DNA of 64,000 nucleotides from Octopus sinensis (taxonomy: Eukaryota). This document shows positions 39,701 through 52,880 of the stretch, piece by piece. The translations under genes were made by a program, and so were the position numbers. Under the pieces are notes generated by a model. The model was not told where the DNA came from. It saw only the letters and a list, made by a program, of their open reading frames with translations, and searched no databases. Each line of letters opens with the position of its first letter. Position 1 is the first letter of the stretch. The stretch is taken from NCBI RefSeq assembly GCF_006345805.1, contig NC_043002.1, positions 7,192,001 through 7,256,000 of the forward strand. Reading direction: 5' to 3'.

Positions 39701-40156
39701 GCAAAGCAGCAAAACAAACGCAAAACAAGAGAGGGCACATCCTAGTAACTGTGGGTGGTGTTTTTGTCCTCCTTGTTTCACGTTATCTCGCTAATATCAT
39801 TAATATAATAAAAAAGAGGCGGGACTTTTTTTTCTCCCTATTTTTCTAGATACAGATGCTTCGTTCTGAAAAAAGACAAGTTAGACCTAAGGTCAGTTAA
39901 AGAATTATTCGTGTTTTCTACGCCATAACATCATTATTTTAGCTTTTGTTACTATTGCTACGGGTTGTTGTTGCAGTTGTTGTTGTATCACCGAAAAAAA
40001 AATCAATGGAAATTGAAGAGGTTAATTCATATCTTCTCCTCCCACAAAATTATTGAAGTTCAATTCAACAAAGAGACATTTGCGGCCTCGTCCAATTTCA
40101 AGCTACAAATAGTTCTTGCTGCATAGTTTGAACATAACAACAACAACAACAACAAA

Positions 40157-40194
<38 letters not shown>

Positions 40195-41159
40195 CGATGA
40201 TAACATCAAGACGACCGCAAAGAATAAATAAATTAAGGATTTTTAATTAAAATACTTTCTTGCTGTCATGACTTGCCGGTTGATTGAGACAGTCAACATC
40301 TCTCACTTTCAATAACATTCTTTCATATTTTCATATTTCAAAAAAAAAAAAAATCAAAATAAAGAAATAAAAGAAAAAAAGTATTGTTTCAATGCCAGAA
40401 GATCTTGTTACAGTTAAAATAACAAGCTCGGCTTGCTAGAAATGGCAGTCAAAATCTGTCTTAAAGATGTTCATCATTTTGATTATAGGGTTGTTCGATC
40501 ACAGCTCTGACTTCTGGCTAACACAAGGATATACTCTCCCTCGTCGCTACACATGCCAGCAATAGCAGCCAAATTTTCCATAATTCATGCCAATTCTTTT
40601 TTACAAAAACGGAGTCATTCGATATTGCAATCTTAGCCATACTACATCTGAGCGAATATAAGACAATATGGTCAATCTTGAGACGCCTTTAATGATGCGA
40701 ATGTTGATTTTGGGCTAAAAATCCCCAGGAACTCCGTTGTGTTTCTATGACTCAAATTTGTGTAGTTTTTCAAGAAAGATAAGTTGCTAATCTCATACAA
40801 GCCTGATTGAACTTAAACAGTTCGTTTCACAGTCCTGTGTTCCAGAGTACTACGCGGTACCATGGGCATGTGTTCTAGTATAGACTTGGATTAACTGGGG
40901 GTTGTGTTCGGCGGAAACAGGGTGGAACTCGGCATACATGTGTGTGTTTTAAAATGAGTGACAGCAAGAAATGTTATGAACCGGTACTTTTGAACGAAAC
41001 TTTGTCATGTTTGCTCTGTCCAGGTTGCAGAGACATTTCCTTCATATTGTCGTTATGTTAAATGCGTTGAGATTGTGACTGGTTAGTTCGAAGCCGGTAA
41101 TTACTGATACTATTACTCCAAAATGCGGTTTATTATAAATATACAAATATTAACATTAC

Positions 41160-41212
41160 CTGGTCGTTTTGTGCGTCTGTTCGATTTTCCACGTCTGTAT
41201 GGCCATTTGGCA
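41160..41212 (-). CDS. Pax2/5/8: Internal coding exon (53 nt, phase 1 to 0) of a Pax2/5/8-like gene: (V)PNGHTDVENRTDAQNDQ
   Basis: Strong acceptor ttttttttctgttttacag|TG and donor CAG|gtaatg. The frame is open and joins in phase to the next exon. VPNGH and the 1-to-0 phase recall the vertebrate Pax5/Pax2 exon after the octapeptide (SPVPNGHS / SVPNGDS), from memory. Confidence 0.72.
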
Positions 41213-42784
41213 CTGTAAAACAGAAAAAAAAATACGTTTAGAACAAAAGAATATTCATGTATTCTACAAAGTATGTAGTATAGGAAATGAGATTGTGTGA
41301 CGTTAATGCCTCTTTTAGGGTCATTACACACAAATTGGGGGATGAAATCATTCAACTCAGGGACCGAATCGAAACAGAATCATGGATATGTCTTTATATT
41401 ACGGCACTCGTCCATATTTGGATTTATTGATTTCTTATAGAGGCACAAGTGTAGAATATATTGACAGTATTTATGAGCAAATATAAGCCATGTATTGATA
41501 TATGATATCAAGTAAAGCAACATACAAAAACACGATTAAATAATGAATTTAGGAATTGTAGTGTGAGACACTAGTGCTTTGGATACTGAAATGCCGAGCA
41601 AACAAATTATAATTATATAAATTAGTTAATTGTATGGCTAGATAGTTAGAGAGGTAGATTCAAGTGTGACTTTGCTAGCAGAGAATTAGTTAATTTTAAA
41701 AAATACTTTCCAGAAAGGTTCTCCCACGCAGTTTAAATGGAAGGAGAAAGAATAAGGGCGAGTATTCAGACACTGTGGAGCCAGCAATATTACGAGGAAC
41801 GAGGTCGGTAAATTTTAAACCGAAACGAGGTGATTTCTGACTGCATTGAACCACGGCGAACATTATTCCGTCAAGGCGCCAATCTATTTATTTACCAGCA
41901 GTAACCGTGCCTGGACTGGCTGGACTGAAGAACAAATTGTATGTGAACAACTATACGATATTTGTTCATATACAATCTTCATAGTAAATCAACTATTTAT
42001 TGAATAACAACGTTCCAACTAATACCACTACTACTACTAATAATAATCATCATAGTAATAATTTCTCACTACTACTACTAATAATATTATTGATTTCTTC
42101 CGTAGGCAGAAGTCCTTAAATATGGCGGAGAGTTACATTGAATTATATGAACCCCAGTACTTCACTGATCCTTTAGTTTATCAACTCCAAAAGGTTGGTA
42201 GAGAAAACTAGTTTCAGCGGGATTTGAATCCAGAACTAGAGATCCAAGACAAGGAGTGCAATGCACTTCTTTTAGAACTCTAAAGATTCAGTAAATCTAT
42301 TGCCTCTGATCAATCCACTGCACTTCAACTCTATGAAAATGAAAAGATAACTCAGCACAAAATCTTAGATGAAACATTGTTACTCTTTAAAGCCGATGTT
42401 ACAGTGTTAAGCTCTTGGTATAAATATCAACCTACAGATTAATCGAAAGAAGTCATTATAATTACCAGTGGGAAGATAAAGTTTTCTTAAGTGTGACAGT
42501 CATAAGGATGGAAATCAAGAGTTGGGTATAAAAAAAGGTGAAAGAATTTATAGTTTTAGGTCCCGGGTATCCTTCAGAAGATTTCTGCGTCAAGAAAAGT
42601 CTCTCAGCATGTGTTTTGCTGTTGTAGGAAGTCCAATAAGATAAATGCGACTGCAATAAAAGCAGTAAAACTATCTCTCTCTCATTTCACAAACTAAGTT
42701 CGATAAATCTAGTTTTAATTTTCACCGAGGAAACTGCCTGCTACTTCCGGTCAAAAGAAGGAAGAAGGCAATGGGACATTGTCC

Positions 42785-43412
42785 CTAATAATAATCCCTT
42801 CTACTATAAGCACAAGACCTGAAAATTAGAGGGAGAGGTTGAGTAGATTACATTGACTCCAGAACTCGAATGGTACTTAATTCATCGACCCCGTAAGGAT
42901 GAAAGGCAAAGTCCTCCTCGCCGGAGATTGAACTCAGAACGCAAAGACAGAGGAAATACTGCTCGGTATTTTGTTGCGGCGTGCTACGATTTTGCCGGCT
43001 CGCCGCCATAATAATAATAATCCTTTCTACTATAGGCACAAAGCCTGAAATTTTGGGGAAAGGGGCAAGTCGATTACATCAACCTCAGTACACAACTGGT
43101 ACTTAATTTATCGTCCCCGAAAGGAGGAAAGGTAAAGTCGACCTCGGCGGAATTTGAACTCAGAATGTAGCGGCAGACGAAATACCTATTTATTTACTAC
43201 CCACAGAGAGGACAAACAAGGAGAGATAAACGGATTAAGTCGATTATATCGACCCCCAGTGCGTAACAGGTACTTAATTTATCGACTCGGAAAGGATAAA
43301 AGGCAAAGTCGACCTCGGCGGAATTTCAACTCAGAACGTAGCGGCAGACGAAATACCGCTAAGCATTTCGCCCGGTGTGCTAACGGTTCTGCCAGCTCGC
43401 CGCCTTCCGCCT
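42785..43412 (-). mobile_element. Cluster of three same-family SINE units (a dimer plus an older monomer) with two different tails
   Basis: The core aaggatgaaaggcaaagtcgacctcggcggaatttgaactcagaac occurs three times with variation. Tails are cctatt...ctacccac and tcctttctactataggcacaa. Confidence 0.82.
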
Positions 43413-45153
43413 TAATAATAATAATGACAACTCCTCGCATAATTATACTTTGCCCTATACAAATGTTATGAATTCGATTTCACATTTACTCTTTTAAATA
43501 TGGCGTGAATTGATCCAGGTCGTCTGATAATCTATTAGTAAACTTTTCAGCTTCCAATTGCTTAATTTGTAATCATTTGTGGAAGATATTTCTAAAGTGT
43601 TTTCTACGTAAAATTGAACACTAAAATGATATGTATGTATGTACATGTATGTATGTATGTATGTATGTATGTATGTGTGTATATGTATGTATGTATGTGT
43701 GTGTGCGTGTATGTCCACACCCACCCCATTTTAACACTTACCAAACGTGATTAGAAAGAATAGCAAACTGAAATAAATACACACACTAACATGTCCGCAG
43801 CTTTGATGTATGCAATAAATTTTCGCTTAAATATTGTAAATCACTCATTGAAATAAGAGGGTGGAAAGTAGTGAAACATTCTCAAATTGAATTTAAAAAC
43901 AAAACAAAAAGCAAACGCCGAAAAAGGTTAATTGCTGAAAATTTTGAAGCATTTGTAATTCAGTGAGACTAGTTTTTGTTTTTTCTTTTCCTTTAATTTT
44001 TCGACTTGTTTTAGTTTTAATTTCTATTTCTAATATACATCGAGTAAAAGGAAAGAAATTTAATATATTCCTGAACACGTAATTTATTTCCAAGGACACC
44101 TAAGTAATATGGGAGTAACGTGAGATCTATTACAATTCATAAAGCTAAAATTGGATTCAAGAAGGAAGGCGAGTGTGGCGAAACCACCATTCTCGACCAC
44201 ACGGTATTTTTTTTGATATGATACATAGAAAGCAGTAGAAACGTTTTTATTTCAAAGATTAATGATGTATTAGTTAAACCATGTAGAGGACATCACTAAA
44301 AATGATAGAAAACTTACACCAAGACAAAACAAGAAAAGTGGAAAAAGTTAAAGAAAATTTCGGCATGTGAGTTTGTCATCGCCGTATACTTAAAACGTAA
44401 AGAACTCCATTTTCGCATACTGCTGCAGCCATAGATTAGTTACCTCAGAGACAAAATGCTCGCATTCCAAAAATACTAAAAAAATTAGTGGGATATCACA
44501 AAGAGGCTACGTATAGCAAATACAGCTTGGTTGAAACTACTCATTCTAAAACTTTGTTTTTGTCAATCACATTGTTAAAAACGTGATGAGTTAGAAAAAA
44601 AAAAATTATAAGATTTCATAAAGGAAGATAAAATGGAAACAGGGCATTCCAATATATATATATATATTTCTTTCTCTTTTTTGTTATCGACTCCATTAAC
44701 CTAGAGGATCACTTATTATACGGCGTTTAATTCAGATGGATTTGATCTCATGAAATGCTGATGCACTTTTTGAAAAGAAAGGCCTTTAAAAATGCGTGAG
44801 AGAGAGAAAACTGGGAAAGAAAAGTATAGAATAGTAAAGCGGAATAAGTGTTTGGTAGAGAAAAGAGATACTATTTTGTTGACAGAGTGGGGTGCAATTG
44901 AAGTAAAGAGAAACGTAAGAGATAGATAGATAAATAGATAGATAGATAGATAGAGAGAGAGGTAGGAGTGATGATCAAAGCAGTAATTCAAGAAAGAGTC
45001 TCACAGATAATGAGAAGATCGGGTTTTATGGAAGAAGCTATGACTAAGAATACAGACACACAGACAGATAAATGGATAGATAGATAGATAGATATAGATA
45101 GATAGATAGATAGATTGATTGAAATAGATAGATAGATAGATAAATAGATTGAA

Positions 45154-45200
<47 letters not shown>

Positions 45201-46469
45201 TGCGAAGAGTAAGAAAGAAACTGGTAGAATGGCAAGTCTGTAAAGATCATTTTTCCTTAATGAAATTAATAAAGAAATAAAGAAAAATAGAGGAATAACA
45301 AACAAAAAGCAAAATAAACAATTACAGCAAGCACGACAAAGAAGGTGAAGAAATACATCATTTAAAGATCTGTAAACTGATCTCAACTAATGTTGTACGA
45401 TAAAATCGCGTGCAAGATAATATTTGACGATATATTACGATTGTTTTGCATGTTAGAGTCATCTAAGTTGCCGCCGTTTTCAAAAGAAAACAAAACCAAA
45501 ATAAAATTAATAATAATAAAGGAATATGTAGGCGTGGCACTTGGGGCTACAGATGAAGGGTTGGGATCCTCTAATTGGACATGGTAACAGGTCAGATTCA
45601 CAATACTTGAAGCAGCTAACTGAGCACAAAATCAGTCTCTCACTACACGATGCCACGCCATACCCGACCACGTCTCTCTCTAGCTCGGCGTCCAAACAAT
45701 TCATTATTGATATCACTAAATTGTTTATAGATTCGATAATTAAATAGAGTTAAATGAAGCAATATCGTAGTTTAATCCCAGTAGCTAGATTTTTATTTAT
45801 GAGATCTTTTCCTCCTCTATTTCGCCAACCACATGCACACGTACGCACGCATGAACCCACAACATTATTATTATTACAAAGGAAACTATTATCTGAGCGT
45901 TAGGGTGGTTAGTATGCCAGCAAATAACATACAAGTAAAGATACTTCTATGTGGTCGCTAAAATTGCTAGAAATAACACCAACATTTCCCTCGCAACACA
46001 ACGATACATCTTTCATAATGTGGTCTACAAAACATTGTTTCTAAAAATTAATAAAGCAGAAATGGTTCGGCCCTTGGCAACATTTGATTGTAAGCCGATT
46101 CGAGGGGGATCACCTACAATCAAAGATTGTTAATTTGTAGCCATCGTATTTTTTGTATATCATAGTCAGTGATAAATTAATATATATTTTAGGGACAAAG
46201 AAAATATAGGAGGGACTTATAACAAAAAGACAAAAGTGATAAGATAGCTCATTAAAACAAACCAACACTGTATACATTTAAAAACTGAAATGAGTATTCT
46301 TACATACAATATTAACAGTCTGAAGACCACCAAGGTAAACTCAAGAGAGCATAATTTTTTATTGTCTGACAAGGTTGTTTTAATTACACATGTTGGTGGG
46401 GTAACTCTTTATCTATAATAACTTTTCTTCCTTTTTATTCTCCTTCCCTGGCAAATAATGGATTCAAGA

Positions 46470-46743
46470 AGTAGTATGAGGTCATTGAATTCTCGCCGAA
46501 GGAATGATGCAGCTACTCCGACATCCATAGACGGATACAGGTTGTTTACGGAGATGACACCACTGACAAGAGCAATGTGCGCAGATGGATGAAGAAGTTT
46601 TAAAAAGAGGAAGCCTCCATGCGGAATGAGACCATTGCAAGCACTGACACGAGTCAGGAACGTGTGGGCGAATTGATTCGCACTGATAGATGAGTCACAA
46701 TGCGTGACCTTGCTGCACTGCTGAAGTCTGGTCTCGATACATT
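46470..46743 (+). mobile_element. Dead mariner transposase N-terminal (HTH) fragment, copy 1
   Basis: VIEF-...SDIHRRIQVVYGDDTTDKSNVRRWMKKF*KEEASMRNE...QERVGELIRTDR*VTMRDLAA matches the mariner N-terminal pattern, with stops and a frameshift. Confidence 0.85.
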
Positions 46744-47369
46744 TAAAAACTAAAATGAGGATTCTTACATACAACATTAACAGTCTGAAGACCACTATGG
46801 TAAACTCAATTATCATTTTTATTCTCATTTTATTGCCCTCACCGCCATCAAGTCAAATTATAATGCTGTTGATGAAAACTGCTTCATTTGTAAAGATCTT
46901 CAATGGTAAATTGGGTTTCTTCCTTCATTTACTTCGTCCCACTTCTTATCCGGAATGTTTTTCCGAAAAGAAACTGTTAAACGATCAGCTGGCACACATC
47001 CCGCGATTTATATTCTTTATGTTCTTATTGGCTTCATTTCTCAGACAGCAGCCATGTTAGACCATCGCCATCAATAATTCATGCGACCATATCGATACAA
47101 TTACTTATTTGTATTTGTATAGTCACTAAGTTACGTAGTTTTTGAAAAATACTTTTATTTTCCCACATAAACACAATCTCAGGCACATGTATATTATGAC
47201 CTGTTGTCGGACAGATAACAAAATTCTATTCACAAGCTACTGCTTCTTCTGAAGATATAGTCGAAAATGACTGCCCAATACGATATGAAGTTAAATCGAA
47301 AATGAGACAATGTGCTTGCGACGCGAAGTTTGTAAGTAGAAGATTATTTATATATGATATGATATGTGG

Positions 47370-47598
47370 CATTCTGTCCGTTACGGTAATGAGCGTTCCG
47401 GTTGATTCGCTCAACGAAACAGCCTGCTGGTGAAATTCAACGTGACATATAGTGTGAGAAAGCTGGCCCTTTAAAATACACGTACTTACTCATTTTTGCT
47501 GGGTGAGTGGACTGCAGCAACGTGAAGTAAAGTATCTTGCTCAAGGACACAATGTGTCACTGAGAATTGAACTCACGACTTTGCGTTCGTGAGCCGAA
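47370..47598 (-). mobile_element. Decayed tRNA-derived SINE joined to mariner copy 2
   Basis: Reverse complement reads ...gtcgtgagttcaattctcagtgacacattgtgtccttgagcaagatacttt, i.e. a B box plus a CORE-like motif. Confidence 0.6.
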
Positions 47599-48006
47599 GG
47601 AATGATGCAGCATCTCCGACATCCATAGACAGATACAGGTTGCTTACGGTGATGACACCACTGGCAAGAGCAATGTGCACAGATGGATGAAGAAGTTTTA
47701 AAAAGAGGTAGCCTCCATGCGGAATGAGACCATTGCAAGCACTGACACGAGTCACGGACGTGTAGGCGAATTGATTCGCGCTGATAGATGAGTCACAATG
47801 CGTGACCTTGCTGCACTGCTGAAGTCTGGTCTCAATACATTATAAAAGATAGTGGAAGTCTGTGGGTATCGGCAAATGTGCAGTTGACATGTGGCTTGAA
47901 GGGGAGAATGGTGAAAGTCTGCTCTGAATTGCTGGAAGCGTTTGAAGCCCTGGAAAATACATTTTTCCAGATCAGGTAGCAGGGGATAAAAAGGGATTGC
48001 ATCTTT
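47593..48006 (+). mobile_element. Dead mariner transposase fragment, copy 2, extending to the first catalytic Asp
   Basis: About 95% identical to copy 1 over 249 bp. Continues GYRQMCS*HV (degenerate LGYRKVCARWVP) and VAGDKK (degenerate VTGDETW). Confidence 0.85.
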
Positions 48007-48764
48007 AACATATATATATAATGCATGGAATGCTTGTACATTGAATTCAGTCGCAACGCTTTCCATAACGTAAGATATTTAAGACCAGAGATAGGCAGAG
48101 AAAGTTCTAAGGAATGTTTTGGAAGGGATGACAGATGCTTCCATTTTCCTTGATTTTCTTAATATGCTTGGACCGCGAATAGGATCTTAAATAAGAGTAT
48201 CCGAAAAAGCTGGTAAATGCTATTAGGAGGCAGGGACCGAAAAAGAATCTTTAAAATATCCTCACTTTTCATAACAATGTGTGGCCACACACATTTTTAA
48301 GAATAAATAGACAATTGGCAAATGTGACTGGTCGGTGATTTCAACCATACACCCACCCACCATATCTGGTGCCATTCGTCTTCCACCTGCTCGGTCCAAT
48401 GAAGGGACAGTGTTCGTGAACAACAATTTAATGACACCGACAAGATGAGAGAAGGCTCGAAGAGGTGGGTACAATAATACACACCTAAAGTGTTGAGCTC
48501 AATGACGACACGAATGCATCGTTTGTTATTGAGAATATATGGAGTAGTACGTTTCCATAGAACACTTACTCTAGGAATATGAGCAATTTGAACGACTTAC
48601 GCCAGTTAATGAAAACAGTTATGCTCGCTTTTGCATTAATTTCGGTACAACACTGCCACATATATTTATAGATATCTGAGTGTGTGTGGAGAGGTGAATG
48701 CATGTATGCGTGACATGTGTAATACACACAAACAGATAGATATATATTTACATACGAGTATATA

Positions 48765-48799
<35 letters not shown>

Positions 48800-48809
<10 letters not shown>

Positions 48810-48870
48810 GTGCATATTCACGTATGTAAATATATATAAGTACGTGTGTATGTATGTATGTATATATATA

Positions 48871-48901
<31 letters not shown>

Positions 48902-48955
48902 CATACACACGTACTTATATATATTTACATACGTGAATATGCACACAAATATATA
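48800..48955. repeat. Inverted repeat with ~55-bp arms around a (TA)n spacer
   Basis: atatttgtgtgcatattcacgtatgtaaatatatataagtacgtgtgtatgta ... tacatacacacgtacttatatatatttacatacgtgaatatgcacacaaatat. Confidence 0.92.
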
Positions 48956-51387
48956 TATATATATACACTCATACATACGTACATATATGTATTTACACAC
49001 ACACACACATATATAATGACCGCGCACATATGCTTACAAACACATACACCCACACTCCTTCCTTTTACTTTTATAGAGCGGTCTGTTCTTCCGTTGGTAA
49101 TGCATTTCTCAAGATATCTCTCTTCCTTTCATAGAGTAAGAAACTCGTAATATTTAATCAAGAAGGTATTTTCCATCCTTGAACCTCCTGCCCCTACATC
49201 CGTCGTTTTCTTTTACTGGTTAGATATATTTTGAACATTAATAAACTCAAACATACTGCTCTGTACGTATGCGTATATTCATGTACATGAAAATAAGGTT
49301 ACCTCAAAGCTCTTCATTCTTTGTATTTCAGTTCGTTACAACACACACACACCACACACACACGGCTATCACTTTTAAGTACGCGCGCGTGTGTAAGTTA
49401 ATTTCAAACCTCAAAGCTTTTTCATTCTTCACATTTCAACTCGTTGCCACATACGGAACACACATACACATACATCCACACATAGAACTATCAATTTTAA
49501 AACAAAGCAACAGCTCAGTAAATATTACACAATTATTTGATGAAAATGTTCATTTCTTCCACCATTTTTGTTCTAGTCGTATTTATTAACGTTGTTGCTA
49601 ATTTCCTTTTCGACTTTTATGAAATCTGAGAAAAGATGAAGACTTTATAAATAAAATCTAATTTTATATTGATCTTGAACGAGTCGACAAAATGTCTGAA
49701 ATGGTTTTCATGTATGGTTGATCTAAAGGAGCTGTAAATTCTAATGAACAGCATATATACGATACTCATGTCTATAAAATAGCGATTATAAACCAAAATA
49801 GACCTTTGTTATTACGAGAATCTTTATTTTTATGAATGCTATCAACATCATCATTATCATTATCACTATTACTATAATCTCTCATATTAATATTCTTTTA
49901 TTACAGATATCAATTTGAGAAGGGTAATGGATTGGTAGAATCAGTTAGAGCGTGGGACAAAAGGCTTTCTGCTGTATAGATATGATGTTGTATGAGTTAT
50001 GTCCGCCGAGGTTCTGAGTTCAAATCTCGCTGCTATTAAATATGCCTTTGTTTCTTCCTGTGTCACTGATTGAATTATATTTGTTCAATCGCGAATCTAA
50101 TTAAATTAAGGCTTATTTTTTTATATTTAGGAGGCTGAGAGGTTGGAATAAGCGCTATAGATTCAACAGAGGAGGAAGGATGTAGAACCTGATTTTTTTT
50201 TTGTCGGGGGAATAATTCCGAGGTTAACAGAGAGAAAAAGAACGGGAATCTGGTCCAAATGTTTGCAACAGAGCAGAATCTACTAAATGTGTCCGAGGAT
50301 TGAGAGGTAGTGCTAAACAATGCGACCAGACTAGTTTACGTCCAATGAATAAAAAATGGGTAATTAATCTAATGCGATGTGCTTCTGGTTAACAAATTTT
50401 ACCAAAACAGCTCCTCTCAATCCAAGGCTATGGTAGAAGCCAAGTGTGCAATAAGACGTTAAACAATGTGAAAATCCTTAATGAAACGGTCTGCTGGTGA
50501 GGAAACTGTTTCGAGAGGCCCCAGTTTGAAAAAAAAAAATTAAGGACATAATTTTTCATGATCTTTTCATTAATTGAACCAAACACTTATCAATCAATGC
50601 ATTAAGTGTATTAGGTGTATGCTTAAAATTTTTTCGTGTGATGTTCCTCAGCAGAAAAGATGACTGAGAGGATTTTTTTTAAAGATCTAAAGTTTGTTAA
50701 TCAACATATGGAATTCATTAGCAATATTGCCATTTCCGGATACTAATATTACACAATCGTATCTTACAGCTTTGCAAGATATATATTCTAAATGCCTTTC
50801 TTTTAATTAATTTCTTCCTCTTCCGAAAAGAAAAAAAATCACGAAAAATAAAATAGCATGAATTATTAATATTTTCATTTTAATGACATATTTTAAGTTT
50901 TAACGGGAAAAAGGAAAATTCCCTCAACGTTAAGCAGGAAATATTTCGCTCGTATTTAATCATATTGCTTAGTGTAATATAATCAATTCGTTATATTCTT
51001 AATTAATGAAAGAAACGCTTCCATGGGAAGAACTGTTAAGTGTTTTGCTAATTTTTTCTTTCTAATTTCAATAACAATTAATTTCCTTATTAATTGCACA
51101 ATCTCGTAACGTATACGAGGCAAAAGCTTTGTCCATATATAAAAGATTTTAATCATTAGAAAGCGGCCATGCTGGAGCAATACTGTCAAGAGTCTTTAGT
51201 CAAATATATGAAATCCAATATTCATTACAGTCTAATACACAAGTTATTGAATCCATTAATCGAGCATCTAAATTACTAGAGGCATCCAGAAACACTTTTT
51301 TGTACTCATACACACACAAATACATATATACAATGTACTTTGTATTTTTGCTCAGTCCCAAAGAAGTCGAGGCTACAGTATAAAATA

Positions 51388-51806
51388 GCAAGGCGGCGAG
51401 CTGGCAGAAACGTTAGCGCGCCAGGCGAAATGCTTAGCGGTATTTCGTCTGCCGTTACGTTCTGAGTTCAAATTCCGTCGAGGTCGACTTTGCCTTTCAT
51501 CCTTTCGGGGTCGATAAATTAAGTACCAGTTACGCACTGGGGTCAATGTAATCGACTTAATCCGTTTGTCTGTCTTTGTTTTTCCCCTCTGTGTTTAGCC
51601 CCTTGTGGGTAGTAAAAAAATAGGTATTTCGTCTGCCGCTACGTTCTGAGTTCAACTTCGGTCGAGGTCGACTTTGCCTTTCATCCTTTCGGTGTCGATA
51701 AATTAAGCACCAGTTATGCACTGGGGTCGATGTAATCGACTTAATTCGTTTGTCTGTACTTGTTTGTCCCCTCTGTGTTTAGCCCCTTGTGGGTAGTAAA
51801 GAAATA
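51388..51806 (+). mobile_element. Dimeric tRNA-derived SINE (Meta-domain-like core) with 11-bp TSD
   Basis: Head ggcggcgagctggcagaaacgttagc, B-box gagttcaaattcc and core gtcgactttgcctttcatcctttcggggtcgataaattaagtacc. The second monomer is 5'-truncated. agtataaaata occurs at both 51377-51387 and 51807-51817. Confidence 0.88.
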
Positions 51807-52484
51807 AGTATAAAATAATTGTATAAGGTGGGCCTACAGGTGACTATGCCTATGTATGAAGAAAACTCACCCGCATAATATCCATAATAATATCAATAGA
51901 CAAAAAGGGACTTAGATGTAAGAAATTTATAAAACAAAATTAAAATGAAAAGTTATCAGTAATAAAAGATGGGGTGTAAGATAAAAAGAATGAAGAGAAT
52001 AGGTCAAAATACTGAGAAGTAGAAAAAACAAATCTAGAAAACAGAGTGACACACAGAAAGGTTTGGAGAAACGAAAGAAACTAAAAACAGGAAGCTATAT
52101 TTCTGCTTCTTATTCGAATCTCTTTCCATTGTGCGTGAAATTCTCAAGACAGTGTATTACAAATACTACTATTAACACCACCACTACTATTACTTGAGTC
52201 TTAAATTGTCAAGCATCTTCATGATAGAATCTTTCGCTCTGCGCACACGCAACAGAGATTCATATATTATGGTTTCATATTTCCTCAATTGTTTATAATT
52301 TATTCAAGTTGAGTTGAATACATTCTTAACGCTAAGACATGCCCCGATAGCGTCATGCTGCTTTCAACATCGTGTGAAGGAAAGAGATGATGCTGTCGAA
52401 AAATACCTAAATCACAGTGATGTCAAATCAACTACTAATGATAAAGAAAAGTCCCGCAGTGTAACTTGTATACATGTCATATAG

Positions 52485-52489
52485 ATAAG

Positions 52490-52560
<71 letters not shown>

Positions 52561-52604
52561 GTAGGAATAATGGACAGACGGACAGATATATAGATGGATG
52601 GATG

Positions 52605-52635
<31 letters not shown>

Positions 52636-52683
52636 GGATGGAAAGAGAGACAGATAGATAGATAAATAGATAGATATAGATAA

Positions 52684-52738
<55 letters not shown>

Positions 52739-52807
52739 GATATAGATAGACAGATAAATAGATAGATAGATAGATAGATAGATAGAGAGATAGATAGATA
52801 GATAGAG

Positions 52808-52880
<73 letters not shown>
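52485..52880. repeat. (ATAG)n tetranucleotide microsatellite
   Basis: Directly visible. A similar tract lies at about 44920-45200. Confidence 0.97.
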
